A DNA stretch of 63,051 nt, filler included, from Octopus bimaculoides (Eukaryota): assembly GCF_001194135.2 (NCBI RefSeq). It is 4 parts of 4 records of this genome, joined end to end, with 100 filler letters (N's around TTAATTAATTAA, not from the genome) between each part and the next. Parts side by side here need not be neighbours in the genome. Positions count along the whole stretch, not along the records: positions 28,590 to 59,165 come from NC_068983.1; positions 59,266 to 61,078 come from NC_068988.1; positions 61,179 to 63,051 come from NW_026307240.1; 1 more part is not named here. One strand, 5' to 3'. Positions within the stretch are counted from its first letter, which is position 1; each line of letters starts with the position of its first letter. The notes under the pieces were generated by a model that was given only the letters and a program-made list of their open reading frames with translations, searched no databases and was not told the origin of the DNA. This document shows positions 50,335 through 61,867 of this stretch, in pieces. The translations under genes and the position numbers were made by a program.

Positions 50335-51536
50335 TATAGTGCCTTAAGGATGTCTGTAACATGAAACAACATTCGATGTCTTTTCCAGATAATGTTTTTT
50401 AAGTTAGGTATGGCCTGGGTCAATTCTGACCGAAACTTATCGAAGTATCTAAGTATTCCATTGCAATCTTAATGTTTGTCAATACTAAGATGATACACCA
50501 AAATCTCGACTTATTTTCTTATACTACATTTTGCATTTGCCTATTTAAAAAGATAACAAACAAGAATCCCACTTATATAAAAGAATGACATATTTGGATA
50601 GGGTAGTCGTATACACATTATATCTGAAAAAATCAGACACGATGCTTATGGTTTGAAGGCACTTAATCATATGTCTCCTGTATAAAGCATAATCTCGGGA
50701 TAAATATATTGGGGGCGTCGAAGTGTTCTTTCAATCCGACTGAAATAGCAAATAAATTTTCCCCCAAATTACAGTCCAAACTACTGATAACAAATATAAA
50801 CATGTTGAATAATGCTGTTGTAGATCCACTATGGCAGAAAGTAAAATAAGAAAAGAAAATAATCACGGCTGTGACACATTTCAGTATATGTTTTCTAGAT
50901 TAGAAGTGACCAAGAGTTGAGATATTTTCATATTGTAAATCACTGTGCAGTAAAACATGTATTACCTATTCTACTGCTGTTCCAAAACAACATGAGGAAT
51001 TGATCAATGAATTTTCTTTAGAGCCGGGTAGATTATCATTCCTAGGATACCAATACTCTATTTCTTAGACATGATATCAATAATACGATAGCACTTTCAT
51101 TGTAGAGTTTTCTCTTTGAATATGTGCAAATGTGTGCGTATACAATGACAGATATCTCTTCAACTATTCCATGAAATTAATGTAATCATGACTTAAATAA
51201 ACATTCAGTAATTAGTTTTAAATATACTATCGTAACATAATGTCTGTAGGAAGTTCACAGTTCAGAATTGAGAGGCTTTCTTGATAGATTTAAATGAATA
51301 CATGACATGAAGTGGGTTAAAGATAGCTAGGTGTGCGAGAGTAAAGATTAATTAATCGAAACATGGCCAAAGCTATTTTATAAGTCTTGTAGAAGATAAT
51401 CAGTGAATTTTTCCTTTAAACACACTACTTGTTAATATATGTAGCGTCTTTAAATAGACCAAATTCACCCGCGTGCACACACATATATATCTAGATATAT
51501 ATAAATACATATGTGAAAAATATGTTTGACTTAATA

Positions 51537-51577
<41 letters not shown>

Positions 51578-51589
51578 CTTATATATATA

Positions 51590-52410
51590 TATATATATAT
51601 AACAGGATGCGTGTCTGTGTGCCTGTCATGTTAAAACTCGAGATCCACCCAACCGATTTTAATGAAATTTTATACATGTATTACATAGGCTCCATGGAGT
51701 GTCGGCCAAGGGGCAGATAAACCGCATTTTAAAGCATTTTCGCAGTGTTAAGGCCCGTAGCTTGAAGAGTATCGAGTCGCTTTCCTCTAAATTTGCAACA
51801 AACATTAATCAGGCTCCTTGAATTGCTGTTGATTAAAAAGAGTTTCCGACGTCAACTATGGGTGCTCCTAAAATGCAGATTAATCAGATTTCAGTATACT
51901 GCACTGGGTATTATCTTTGTTTTAGGCCATTTTCCGACGATAAAATATTGACACTATTTATGCATTATAAGTAGCGTATAATATTTCATGAAAACCTTTT
52001 TATCCAGTTTGGCAGAGGAAATGAGAAGAACATTAAAATTATTGTCGGCGCCCTGTTGATGTTTCATCTTACTATCCCGCGTACCACCGGGCTATTTGCG
52101 TGGTGTGCGGCTGGGTAAAGGCGCAACAAACCCATTCATCCATTCTCCAGAAGTGCCCTGTTGATGTTTAACGTCTTTTTTTGTTTTCACGTGGGCCTTT
52201 ATGTATTTTCGAAATACCGGTAGAATAGCCCATCTTGTCTTCATGCAGGCCTTTATGCCTTCATAATCCCAAACTAGAATACTCATCCATATAAGTCTAA
52301 TTAACTCGGTAACACATTAAACACACAAATAGTCACCCCGCAAACCCACTCGCGCCAAACATTCCATAATAATACAATTTGCATTTGCAAATACATAGGG
52401 TCCCGCCTAG
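51590..52410 (+). mobile_element. Probable non-autonomous Helitron-like element
   Basis: Starts in (TA)n, then gcgtgtctgtgtgcctgtc...ccacccaaccgattttaatgaaatttt; ends gggtcccgccTAG. Internal 14-bp direct repeat ccctgttgatgttt (52051, 52156). Confidence 0.5.
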
Positions 52411-54126
52411 CACTAAAAACATCCTAAACTCTAGCAATTATTAGCCATAACACATTTTCCAAACCACCCAATATTTGGTATGAGTTAGCTCCCTTTCCAC
52501 CTTGTTACCCGCTTCACTTACACCGCCGGTGTTAACTAATCGTAAAACTGAATGCATATGTGCGGAAAAATGGGCTTAATTAAACTAGGATATATGCACC
52601 TAAATAATACTCACGCCGCCCGAATTACCCAACGAAACTAACCAATCTACCACAGGCAAACCTCTACCCAGCGAATTTACCAGTGCAAGAACAAAAATTT
52701 AATGTAAGAATTATCACTTCGTTTAAATTACCGTCACATATGTATCAATTATTTTCGCATCATAACCTATCTATATTTGCATTCTGAAGAGATTTAATTA
52801 AACCAGAAAATTGAAACGATCGTAACTGCTACCCTCATCTCTGCTTCTTCCTTCTTTGTTATCTATTTAATTAAAGACATACCAGCGAAAGCCACGAGTT
52901 CCCCATTGTTATTATATCCAGTTTCTTCTCTCTTTCTCTTATATATATATATGTATGTGTGTGTGTGTGTAGGTATAAATGTATATTTGTATATATCTCT
53001 TTCACTGTGTATATTCGTGAGTGTGAATGTGTTTGTGTATTCTCTGTGTGTGTGTATGTGCGTGCGCGCGCGCGCGTGTGTGTGTGTGTGTTCCTGTTTT
53101 GTCTACCTGTCTATCTATTTGCGGACGAAGATTTGACCAAATAGTTCAGAAATTTGCTTTCAAGTCAAGGGATCCCCAATTTCATCCCACTTTATGGCGT
53201 CTTGGCAAGCGTCATACCAAAACTTTATTTAATACTCAACCCTACTGACTGAAATGAAGTGGACAAAATTCCGCCAACTGCATTTTACCCACAATTCAAA
53301 TGTTGAGCTTCATTACGTATTGGGTCAGACTAATATTGGTGATCAGAATTACGTACAGGGTACACGTGTCTGTGAAGTACTCAACCTATTCTATGTTAAT
53401 TTAAGATAGAGGTAATATTGATTAAACAATTGGTTTTGATCGTCAAGTTAATGGAGGAATCATTAATCACTGAATTATTGATATATCAATCTCCAGTGAT
53501 GCAAAAGCTGTTGACATATTCAGAATTGCTTTCTGATAAAATAATAGTTCTTTTATTTAGGCACAGTGCTACGTATATGCACACTATGACAATAGCTGTG
53601 TAATAGGTTTGACGTTTACTGTATTGTAATATCATAGACGTAAAACAATTGCGGAACATATTAAGATCACTATCAGTAGTGAGCGGAAAATATTTTCACC
53701 TTCAAATACTATTTATAAATCTGTATTATAATAAAGATCGTCCGATTTCTAGTGTATGCTAAGCATAATATTTCGGCTACGTTGTGAAGATGTAATGAGG
53801 CAGTAAGTTTCACTTAATTGTTTTCCCAAACTAGTGTAGTATTTTAAATTTACAGTCTGAAAACTCACTAGTGTGCACGCGATCTCGGACGCAAGCACGT
53901 ACGTACGTACGTACGTATGTATGTATGTATGTATGTATGTATTCATGTATGTATGTCTTTGGTTTTATTTGGAAATTTCTTGCCAATAGAGAAAGAGCCG
54001 GTTTCTAACTTAGATTCAAGGTTCCTTCATTGGAATTCCAACGACATCAACAGGGTATTTTTGCAGGTATGCATATATGAATATGTATGTATGAACTAAA
54101 AATATAACTAAAAGTAAAGGGAAAAA

Positions 54127-54204
54127 ATCAGGTTACACTGCGGCACACCTAGCATCGTTTCGTGGCACACCAGTGTGTCGCAACATACCGGTTGCAGAGC
54201 ACTG
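54127..54204. mobile_element. Possible hAT-type MITE terminus
   Basis: gcggcacacc...gtggcacaccagtgtgtcgcaacataccggttgcagagcactg (reverse: CAGTGCTCTGCAACC). Confidence 0.4.
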
Positions 54205-54536
54205 GTCTATCGAATTGTTGATATACATTCTCAACACTACTATTTTCTTCCTATTTCTGTATATATGTGACCACTTCTAACCTGATCTATATTCGATTTG
54301 ATGGTGAAGTCTAACAGGATCGAAACATGCCGGATCCTTTTACTGGTTGGTTGTAAATTCACAGTCATTTCTAGCTTTATTGACTTTCTATTCCAGCCTA
54401 ATTTGTGACTCCACTACCATATACGCGCAAATAAACACAAACAGAACATTGGTACATGCGTATATGCATGCATTCATTCATGGACTTAATTTTGAATTAA
54501 TGGATGCTTTTTTTTTTAAATATAAACAATATTATT

Positions 54537-54748
54537 AAGGTGGCGAGCAGGCAGAATTGTTTGCACGCTGAGCAAAATGCTTAGCAGCATATCGTTTATC
54601 TTTTTGTTCAAATTCTACCGAGGTCAATTTTGCTTTTCATCCTTTCGGGGTCGTTAAAATAAGTACCAGTTGAACACTGGGGTCGGTCTAATCGACTCAC
54701 TTCTCCCTTGAAAATTACTAGCGTTGTACAAACATTTGGAATCAATAT
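54537..54748 (+). mobile_element. SINE family A
   Basis: aaggtggcgagcaggcagaattg...tttcatcctttcggggtcgttaaaataagtaccag. Confidence 0.8.
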
Positions 54749-56768
54749 AAACAATAATATTAACAATGGTAGATGAAGCTTGCAGAATCAGAAGATCGCT
54801 TCAGATTAAATTTTTCTTCATTGGCCTTAGAAATCTATATAAAAAGCATTAACCTTACAAGAACTCGAACCTTGCAAACCGAACCACACTAAATGTTTTT
54901 GTCCTTTTTTTTTTTTCGCAGTAGATTCAAATATTAGTAAATTCTTTACAATATTTCGAGCCTCCGCTGCTCCTCAGCCGACTGTGCTGGTAATTCGTTA
55001 AATAATCATATTGATATCATATGAGAAATTTCAGGCTTTCAATTGGTCGACGTCTTGAATCAAGATGTGATAACATGTTATGTTACAAAATAGCAGAGGT
55101 AGTCTGATTCAAGGCGGCCTAAGTAACTGCTAAATTACTAAAGAAACAATGAAAGGCACAACATAATTATGTTGTTTAACCCCAAATCAGCTCTGTTCGA
55201 CCGGATAATTGGTCAGAGGCGTCCAGGCCGTGATGATCCTGACATTTTATCTGCTTTTCATAGGAAGCCCAGTGATCCGGAGGGAGAATCGATGGTTCGT
55301 GAAAAATTGCCTTCTAAAACTAATGGCTTAGTCACAAACGTTGCTTTCGAACAATGAATATCGGCAAAACGAAAGGGTTGTCTATTTTATGTTTGATATT
55401 GCTCTTAATCACATTGTTCCCATGTTCATGTAACAGTAAATAAATATTTTCATTATCATTTCGGTGATTTTTTTCTTTAAACATAAATCGAAATATGCAG
55501 GTTATTAATTTGCTGTATCGCATTTGATTAATAATCTTAATTCGATTATGTACGATTTATTACTATGAATTATGCAATTCAATTCCCTTAAATCACTCAA
55601 AGGAAACTTTTTAAATATCGACTGCACATGTTTCAACACATATATTGAATCAAATTTCATCTGTTTCCAACATTCTGCAGCTAATTTATTATTACGTCAT
55701 CATATTCTTTTTATTTACCACTTTGCAATAAATGGGCATTTTATAATACGTGGTAATATTGCTCTACCACCAAGTTAATACCATAGCATGTTACAATCTT
55801 CACACCAACTATTTGGATTTCTTGCTATCACTTTCAGTTCAACTTTGACATCATCTTTTTTTTTACTCTATTAATGTTTTTCATAAAAGCGTGATTGCAA
55901 TACCCATTAAGCTCTATACTAATCACTTGCGCCCCAGTAATTTAGGCGGTAAAATAGTATGCAATTATAAAAATGAGGTAATCTCTTTACAGTTAGCAAA
56001 TATATTCCGATAAGACAAGTTTGCAGCATGGTTTCAGTTCACACTTGGAGAAGTTCCATCTTAATTAGATCATAAATACTTATGGTAATCGAACGAATGT
56101 GTTATAAATAATTTTTTACTTTTCAATTTCGAAAGTGGGAGTCATGCGTAATCTTCTATGTTTTATGCATTGTAAGAGAATTAAGTCAAAGTCAGATCCG
56201 TAGGAGATGCATTGTGTCAATTTTTAGATTAGAAGAATAAACTGCCTATCCATCCTAGACATGTTCACTGTAAAGCTGCCCAGAGTTCAATAAACCCAAA
56301 CTTGTCTATTTGATAAGTGCTACCGTGTACTCTTCACGCTTTACATTTTCCTTACCCTTTAGTAAAGAGGACCAGTCTACGCTTATGACGCTTGCGCACT
56401 CTTGGGAACCAAAGAGACTCTATTGTAATACATGTCCATCTTAGACAGCTGTAAGTTAACACCTAGAGGAGAAACATGCGTGGGAAGTGAAATAGTCGTC
56501 TGAAGTAGGTAATTCGGTCTTAATCTTTCCCATACAATATAACAGAGTGATATTGATAATATTCAAATTACATATTCGCCGAATATTTATCCTATGCTTG
56601 TAATCTAGATCACGTCACGGAGCAAAATATATTATATCGCATGCTTTCACAACATATTATTGCATTAGAAAAATGACTTGTCACTAATATCTAATCGCTT
56701 TCTAGAAGTAAAAATTATTCATAGCCCTGATAAATTGCTATATATAATTACTGTATGGGGGCATAATC

Positions 56769-56805
<37 letters not shown>

Positions 56806-57422
56806 CAAGTAGCGTGCTTGTATGTTAGGGAACACTGCGTGGGATGGTAATATATGAGAATGTGTGTGTCTGTGTTTATGTGAATGTGTTTCAGGGGAGT
56901 GAAACAGATTAGTAGCAATAGCGTTTAGCAGATAGACGTGGGTTCAAGAAGCTAGGGGATATGTGTTTGAGTGCATGCGTGTGCCGCAGAGCGTGTACGT
57001 ATGTGTCCCTATGTATATGCGTATGTGTGTCTGTGAGTGCGCACACACCACATTTACACACGTATACGCAAACACACAGACATACACACAAACGCTTACC
57101 AATTCAAAAAGCCCGCCACACCACGCACATGCGTGTGCCCACACACACACACGCCGACACGCAAACACAAACACACACATAAGTATCTCGAAGTGTTTTT
57201 CTTGGAAATGAAATGAAAATCAGATAACGGCACGCATGCACGCACCACATACACACACACACACTTACATACACACTCACTCACAGACACTCAAACACAC
57301 ACACACATACACACACACGAACACTTAAAGTGCACTGACTGGGACATTACATTTTCCTCTGCGATTCTCTTCTTTTTGAGACTTGATAATTAAAATGTCG
57401 TAAATGAACTGTTAAGCATATA

Positions 57423-57458
<36 letters not shown>

Positions 57459-57689
57459 NNNNNNNNNNNNNNNNNNNNNNNNNNNNNNNNNNNNNNNNNN
57501 NNNNNNNNNNNNNNNNNNNNNNNNNNNNNNNNNNNNNNNNNNNNNNNNNNNNNNNNNNNNNNNNNNNNNNNNNNNNNNNNNNNNNNNNNNNNNNNNNNNN
57601 NNNNNNNNNNNNNNNNNNNNNNNNNNNNNNNNNNNNNNNNNNNNNNNNNNNNNNNNNNNNNNNNNNNNNNNNNNNNNNNNNNNNNNNNN

Positions 57690-57726
<37 letters not shown>

Positions 57727-57741
57727 CATATGTATATATAT

Positions 57742-57812
<71 letters not shown>

Positions 57813-57898
57813 CATATATATATACATACATATATACATGCATACATACATACACACTCATACATACATATATATATGTACATCTATACATACATGTA

Positions 57899-57944
<46 letters not shown>

Positions 57945-58485
57945 CGTGCGTGTGTTCAGATATCTTTACACACAATTTTATGCTCAAAATAGCATTATAA
58001 TCATTTTGATTTCTCTCGGCAGAAGGCCAATATAAATGAGACGTGCGTACATACCAATCGATTGTACCATTTGCACTTATTTGCTGGAATACAACTCATT
58101 GACCCTACACAAATAAAAAGCCAAGCCGAACTCGGCACAAATTGAACAGTTAAATAGTGTAATAACAATCTAAATGCTGCAAAAGCTTCCATTGTGTCTC
58201 TATTTGTTTTAAACGGCCTAATCACGATTACTTTAAACTGACATGAACATGGTTAGCAAAATAAAGAAACTTGTGATATGAAGATAGCAGATAAAATCTC
58301 TAGACTATCTCGTATTACCTACTCTAAAATCATTTAGACTATGCAAGAATATATCCACAAGAATATTCATGAATGACGTTGCCTCATCTATGATTCTAAA
58401 GTGTTTAACAGAAGCGACTCGTGTAAAGATTGTACTTTCCTCAACATCTTGCGTCAGAATACATGCGTCCTTCTTTTATTACTCG

Positions 58486-58486
<1 letters not shown>

Positions 58487-58535
<49 letters not shown>

Positions 58536-58644
58536 GTCTGTCTGTCTGTCTGTCTGTCTGCCCATCTGTTTGCCTGTCTGTCTGCTTCTCTCTCTCTCTG
58601 TATGTGTGTATGTCTGCCTATCTATCTATCTATCTATCTATCTA

Positions 58645-58680
<36 letters not shown>

Positions 58681-58735
58681 CCCGTCTGTTTGCCTGACTG
58701 TCTCTCTGTGTGTCTGCCTGCCTCTCTCTTTATTC

Positions 58736-58805
<70 letters not shown>

Positions 58806-58818
58806 TTATCTATCTAGC
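58487..58818. repeat. Compound (TATC)n/(TGTC)n microsatellite
   Basis: Direct reading; source of the spurious YLSI-repeat ORFs. Confidence 0.95.
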
Positions 58819-58828
58819 TAACTAACTA

Positions 58829-59165
58829 TCTTTCTGCGCGAGGGATAAGTCGCCTGGATAGGATGGTCTACCCTACGAGCTGTATTGTCAAATGCCAGAC
58901 TTGTTTGGCGACCTCTTGGCATCAGTCTACTGCAACTGGCAACAAAACGGGAGAATTCCCGGTTTCGTGAGCCGAGGTGCAGTGACATTGCTGAAGAAAG
59001 ACCCAAACAAAGGGAATTTTATAGATAATTTCAGGCCCATCACTCTCCTCAACGCAGATTTGAAAATTTTGGCCAAAGTAATAGCCGAGAGGTTGGCGCT
59101 TGTCATCGATAAACTGGTCGACAGGGCGCAAACATGCGCCGTGCCGGGCAGAAGTATCCATTACA
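58829..59165 (+). mobile_element. Tx1/L1-clade RT fragment, same family as 47835-50200, running into a gap
   Basis: DKSPG*DGLPYELYCQMPDLFGDLL...NFRPITLLNADLKILAKVIAERL...QTCAVPGRSI. Confidence 0.9.
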
Positions 59166-59276
59166 NNNNNNNNNNNNNNNNNNNNNNNNNNNNNNNNNNN
59201 NNNNNNNNNTTAATTAATTAANNNNNNNNNNNNNNNNNNNNNNNNNNNNNNNNNNNNNNNNNNNNACTAAGGAGAT

Positions 59277-59359
59277 GAAAGAAGAAGAAGGAGGAAGAGG
59301 AGGAGAAGAAGAAGAAGAAGAAGAAGAAGAAGAAGAAGAAGAAGAAGAAGAAGAAGAAG

Positions 59360-59393
<34 letters not shown>
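59277..59393. repeat. (GAA)n/(CAA)n trinucleotide tract
   Basis: Direct reading. Confidence 0.95.
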
Positions 59394-59906
59394 TCAATGA
59401 TGACGACTTCATCAATTTAATTAGTTGATTAGTTTACATGACATTGACAGAACAAACACTGTATAGCGTCAAGTAACGAATCTACTTTTTTTTAGTGATC
59501 AAATAGACTGCGCGAATACTTTATAACAGTAAACCTAACTAATGAGACAACCGAAACTGCGTTGAAATTTATTCGGTCGAACCAAAAATAAACAAAGTTA
59601 AATCGCCACGGAAATTGCTAGGCTCTATTATCAGTTTTGCCTAGCAGACAAAATGCCCGTCCAAAACACAAATTCCACTTAAAACTCAGAAATTACAATT
59701 CATAGAATGAAAACGTTTTTGATTTCTCATTCTTTTCTTTCTCGTTTAAGTAACTCTTTGAGCCATAGTATGTATAAACATACATACATACATATATAGT
59801 GTGTATACGTTAATATATCGATGTGTGTGTGTGTGTAGACCAATATATATATGAAATTACTTGGAAATAGATGCGTGCCGTACAATTACATAATAAATAG
59901 TATATA

Positions 59907-60634
59907 TATTACAAATAAAAGGGTAAAGGAATATTAATTTATTAATAAATTAATAATTAATAATTTTTACCAAGCACTTCGGTATGTAAACACCATTATC
60001 GGTGAAGAACTTATTTAAAAGTTCTTATAAATTTATAAACATAATTAAGAGATCAGCAACAGTTGCTTCACCACATACCGAAGTTCAGAAATAGCAGCTA
60101 AAGTGCTAAAACTCCAACAGATACCAGTACTTGTAACTCACAAAGTCAAAACAAGAAGAAAAAACAACGAAACTAACCAGTCTTAGTCAATCATAGACGC
60201 GTTTCTGGATCAGAATGGTAAAAACCTTCATTTCCGTCATCAGTATGATATTCTAGTTTGCAGGTTTGAAGATGCAGGCAATTATGCATGCTCGACCAAG
60301 CGACATCATGCATCAACATAATATTACCAGTACCTCCGAACTTACATAGGTCAGTCATTCCATTATCTCTCCTCGAGAATTATCATGTGCGTCACAAGCG
60401 ATACCGCAGAAAATATGCGGTTTACTATCCGGGAGTGAATAATTATTACAAATAAAAGGGTAAAGGAATAATAATTTATTAATAAATTAATAATTAATAA
60501 TTTTTACCAAGCACTTCGGTATGTAAACACCATTATCGGTGAAGAACTTATTTGAGTTTTAGCACTTTAGCTGCTACTTCTGAATTTCGGTATGTGGTGA
60601 AGCAACTGTTGCTGATCCCTTAATTATGTTTATA
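59907..60634. mobile_element. Penelope-like insertion: direct repeat A (59907-60016 / 60444-60553), inverted repeat B (60034-60114 / 60554-60634), hammerhead and GIY-YIG remnant
   Basis: Both repeat pairs are near-identical by direct comparison. The plus frame at 60280-60390 reads GNYACSTK...TYIGQSFHYLSSRI. Ends at (TA)n. Confidence 0.75.
60190..60249 (-). ncRNA. Type I hammerhead ribozyme motif, intact catalytic core
   Basis: Minus strand: atcata-CTGATGA-cggaaatgaaggtttttaccattctgatcca-GAAACGCGTC-tatgat. Perfect 6-bp stem I, canonical palindromic ACGCGT stem III, GUC site. Stem II GGA/UCC with a basal C-A mismatch. Confidence 0.75.
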
Positions 60635-60673
<39 letters not shown>

Positions 60674-60708
60674 TACATGTACATGCCTACATATATATGT
60701 ATATATAC

Positions 60709-61061
60709 ATGCATATATGGGTACAGACGTCTAAAAAGCGGGTACAGGACACCACCAACGGTTCAAACAACATGAAATACGTAAATAAACGAGAAAAAAA
60801 TTAAGAACAGGACAAGTAAACACAGTTGTCTATCTACTCACTTTGAGCATTCGAGAATTTATGGGGGAAACTGTCTTTGAAGACACATATTGTCGTTGAA
60901 TGCTCGAAATGAGGAGTAGATAGACAGCGATGAAGGGTCGTTTCTCTGTGTCTACTCGTCCTGTTGACCATTTTTTCTTGTTTATGCATTTAACCCGTAT
61001 TTAAAACCGTATTTAACCCGTTGTTTGAACCGTTGGTGATGTCCTGTACTCATATATGCAT
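60709..61061. repeat. ~350-bp diverged fold-back between (TA)n tracts
   Basis: gtacaggacaccaccaacggttcaaacaac mirrors gttgtttgaaccgttggtgatgtcctgtac. Inner tgtctatctactc..gagcattc mirrors gaatgctc..gagtagatagaca. Confidence 0.8.
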
Positions 61062-61253
61062 ATATATATATATATATANNNNNNNNNNNNNNNNNNNNNN
61101 NNNNNNNNNNNNNNNNNNNNNNTTAATTAATTAANNNNNNNNNNNNNNNNNNNNNNNNNNNNNNNNNNNNNNNNNNNNATCTACCTGCTAGAAATAAGAG
61201 CTAAAGTCTTAAATTAATCCACTGTACCGCACGAAGATAACAGAGAAAAACAA

Positions 61254-61716
61254 TATGCGAGGAAAACAGAAATAATTAAAACATTTAACAGCATAAATAA
61301 AAATATTATGCAATTAGGGATACCCACAAACCAGGTTTCAGCTTTTGGGTATTTAAACTCTGAGCCTCGTCACTGTGGACCACCAGTTTAAATCCGTGAC
61401 TGTTCATGTTACTCTCTGAGTGTGCAACTGGTTTTGTTTTGCGCCAAAAACAGAGCACATGGTGTATAAAAATTTATAAGCAAAACATTCAAACAGAGAT
61501 TTGAAAGCACCATGTGCTCTGTTTTTGGTGCAAAACAACAGTTGCACAGTCAGAGTTTAACGTGACTGTTATGGATTATTACCCGGTAGGCCACACGGAT
61601 GAGGCTCAGGGTTTAAATACCCAAAAAGCCGAAACCTGGTTTGTGGATATCCCTAATTGCATAATATTTTTATTTGTGCTGTTAAATGTTTTAATTCTTT
61701 CTGTTTTCCTTGCATA
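61254..61716. mobile_element. ~460-bp fold-back (~210-bp arms, 43-bp spacer) with one hammerhead per arm
   Basis: Plus strand 61591-61646: ccaca-CGGATGA-GGCT..AGCC-GAAACCTGGTT-tgtgg. Minus strand 61324-61378: ccaca-GTGACGA-GGCT..AGCT-GAAACCTGGTT-tgtgg. Confidence 0.85.
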
Positions 61717-61757
61717 CTCTCTCTCTCTCTCTCTCTCTCTGGCAAGCCAAGTGAGAT

Positions 61758-61867
61758 CGTTGCCAGTGCCCCTGAACTGGCTCTTGTGCGGGTGGCACAT
61801 AAGATGTACCATCCTGAGCGTGACCGTTGCCAGTACCGCCTGACTGGCTCTTGTGCGGGTGGCACAT
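61758..61867. repeat. ~67-bp GC-rich tandem repeat running into an assembly gap
   Basis: cgttgccagt...actggctcttgtgcgggtggcacat at 61758 and 61825. Confidence 0.8.
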
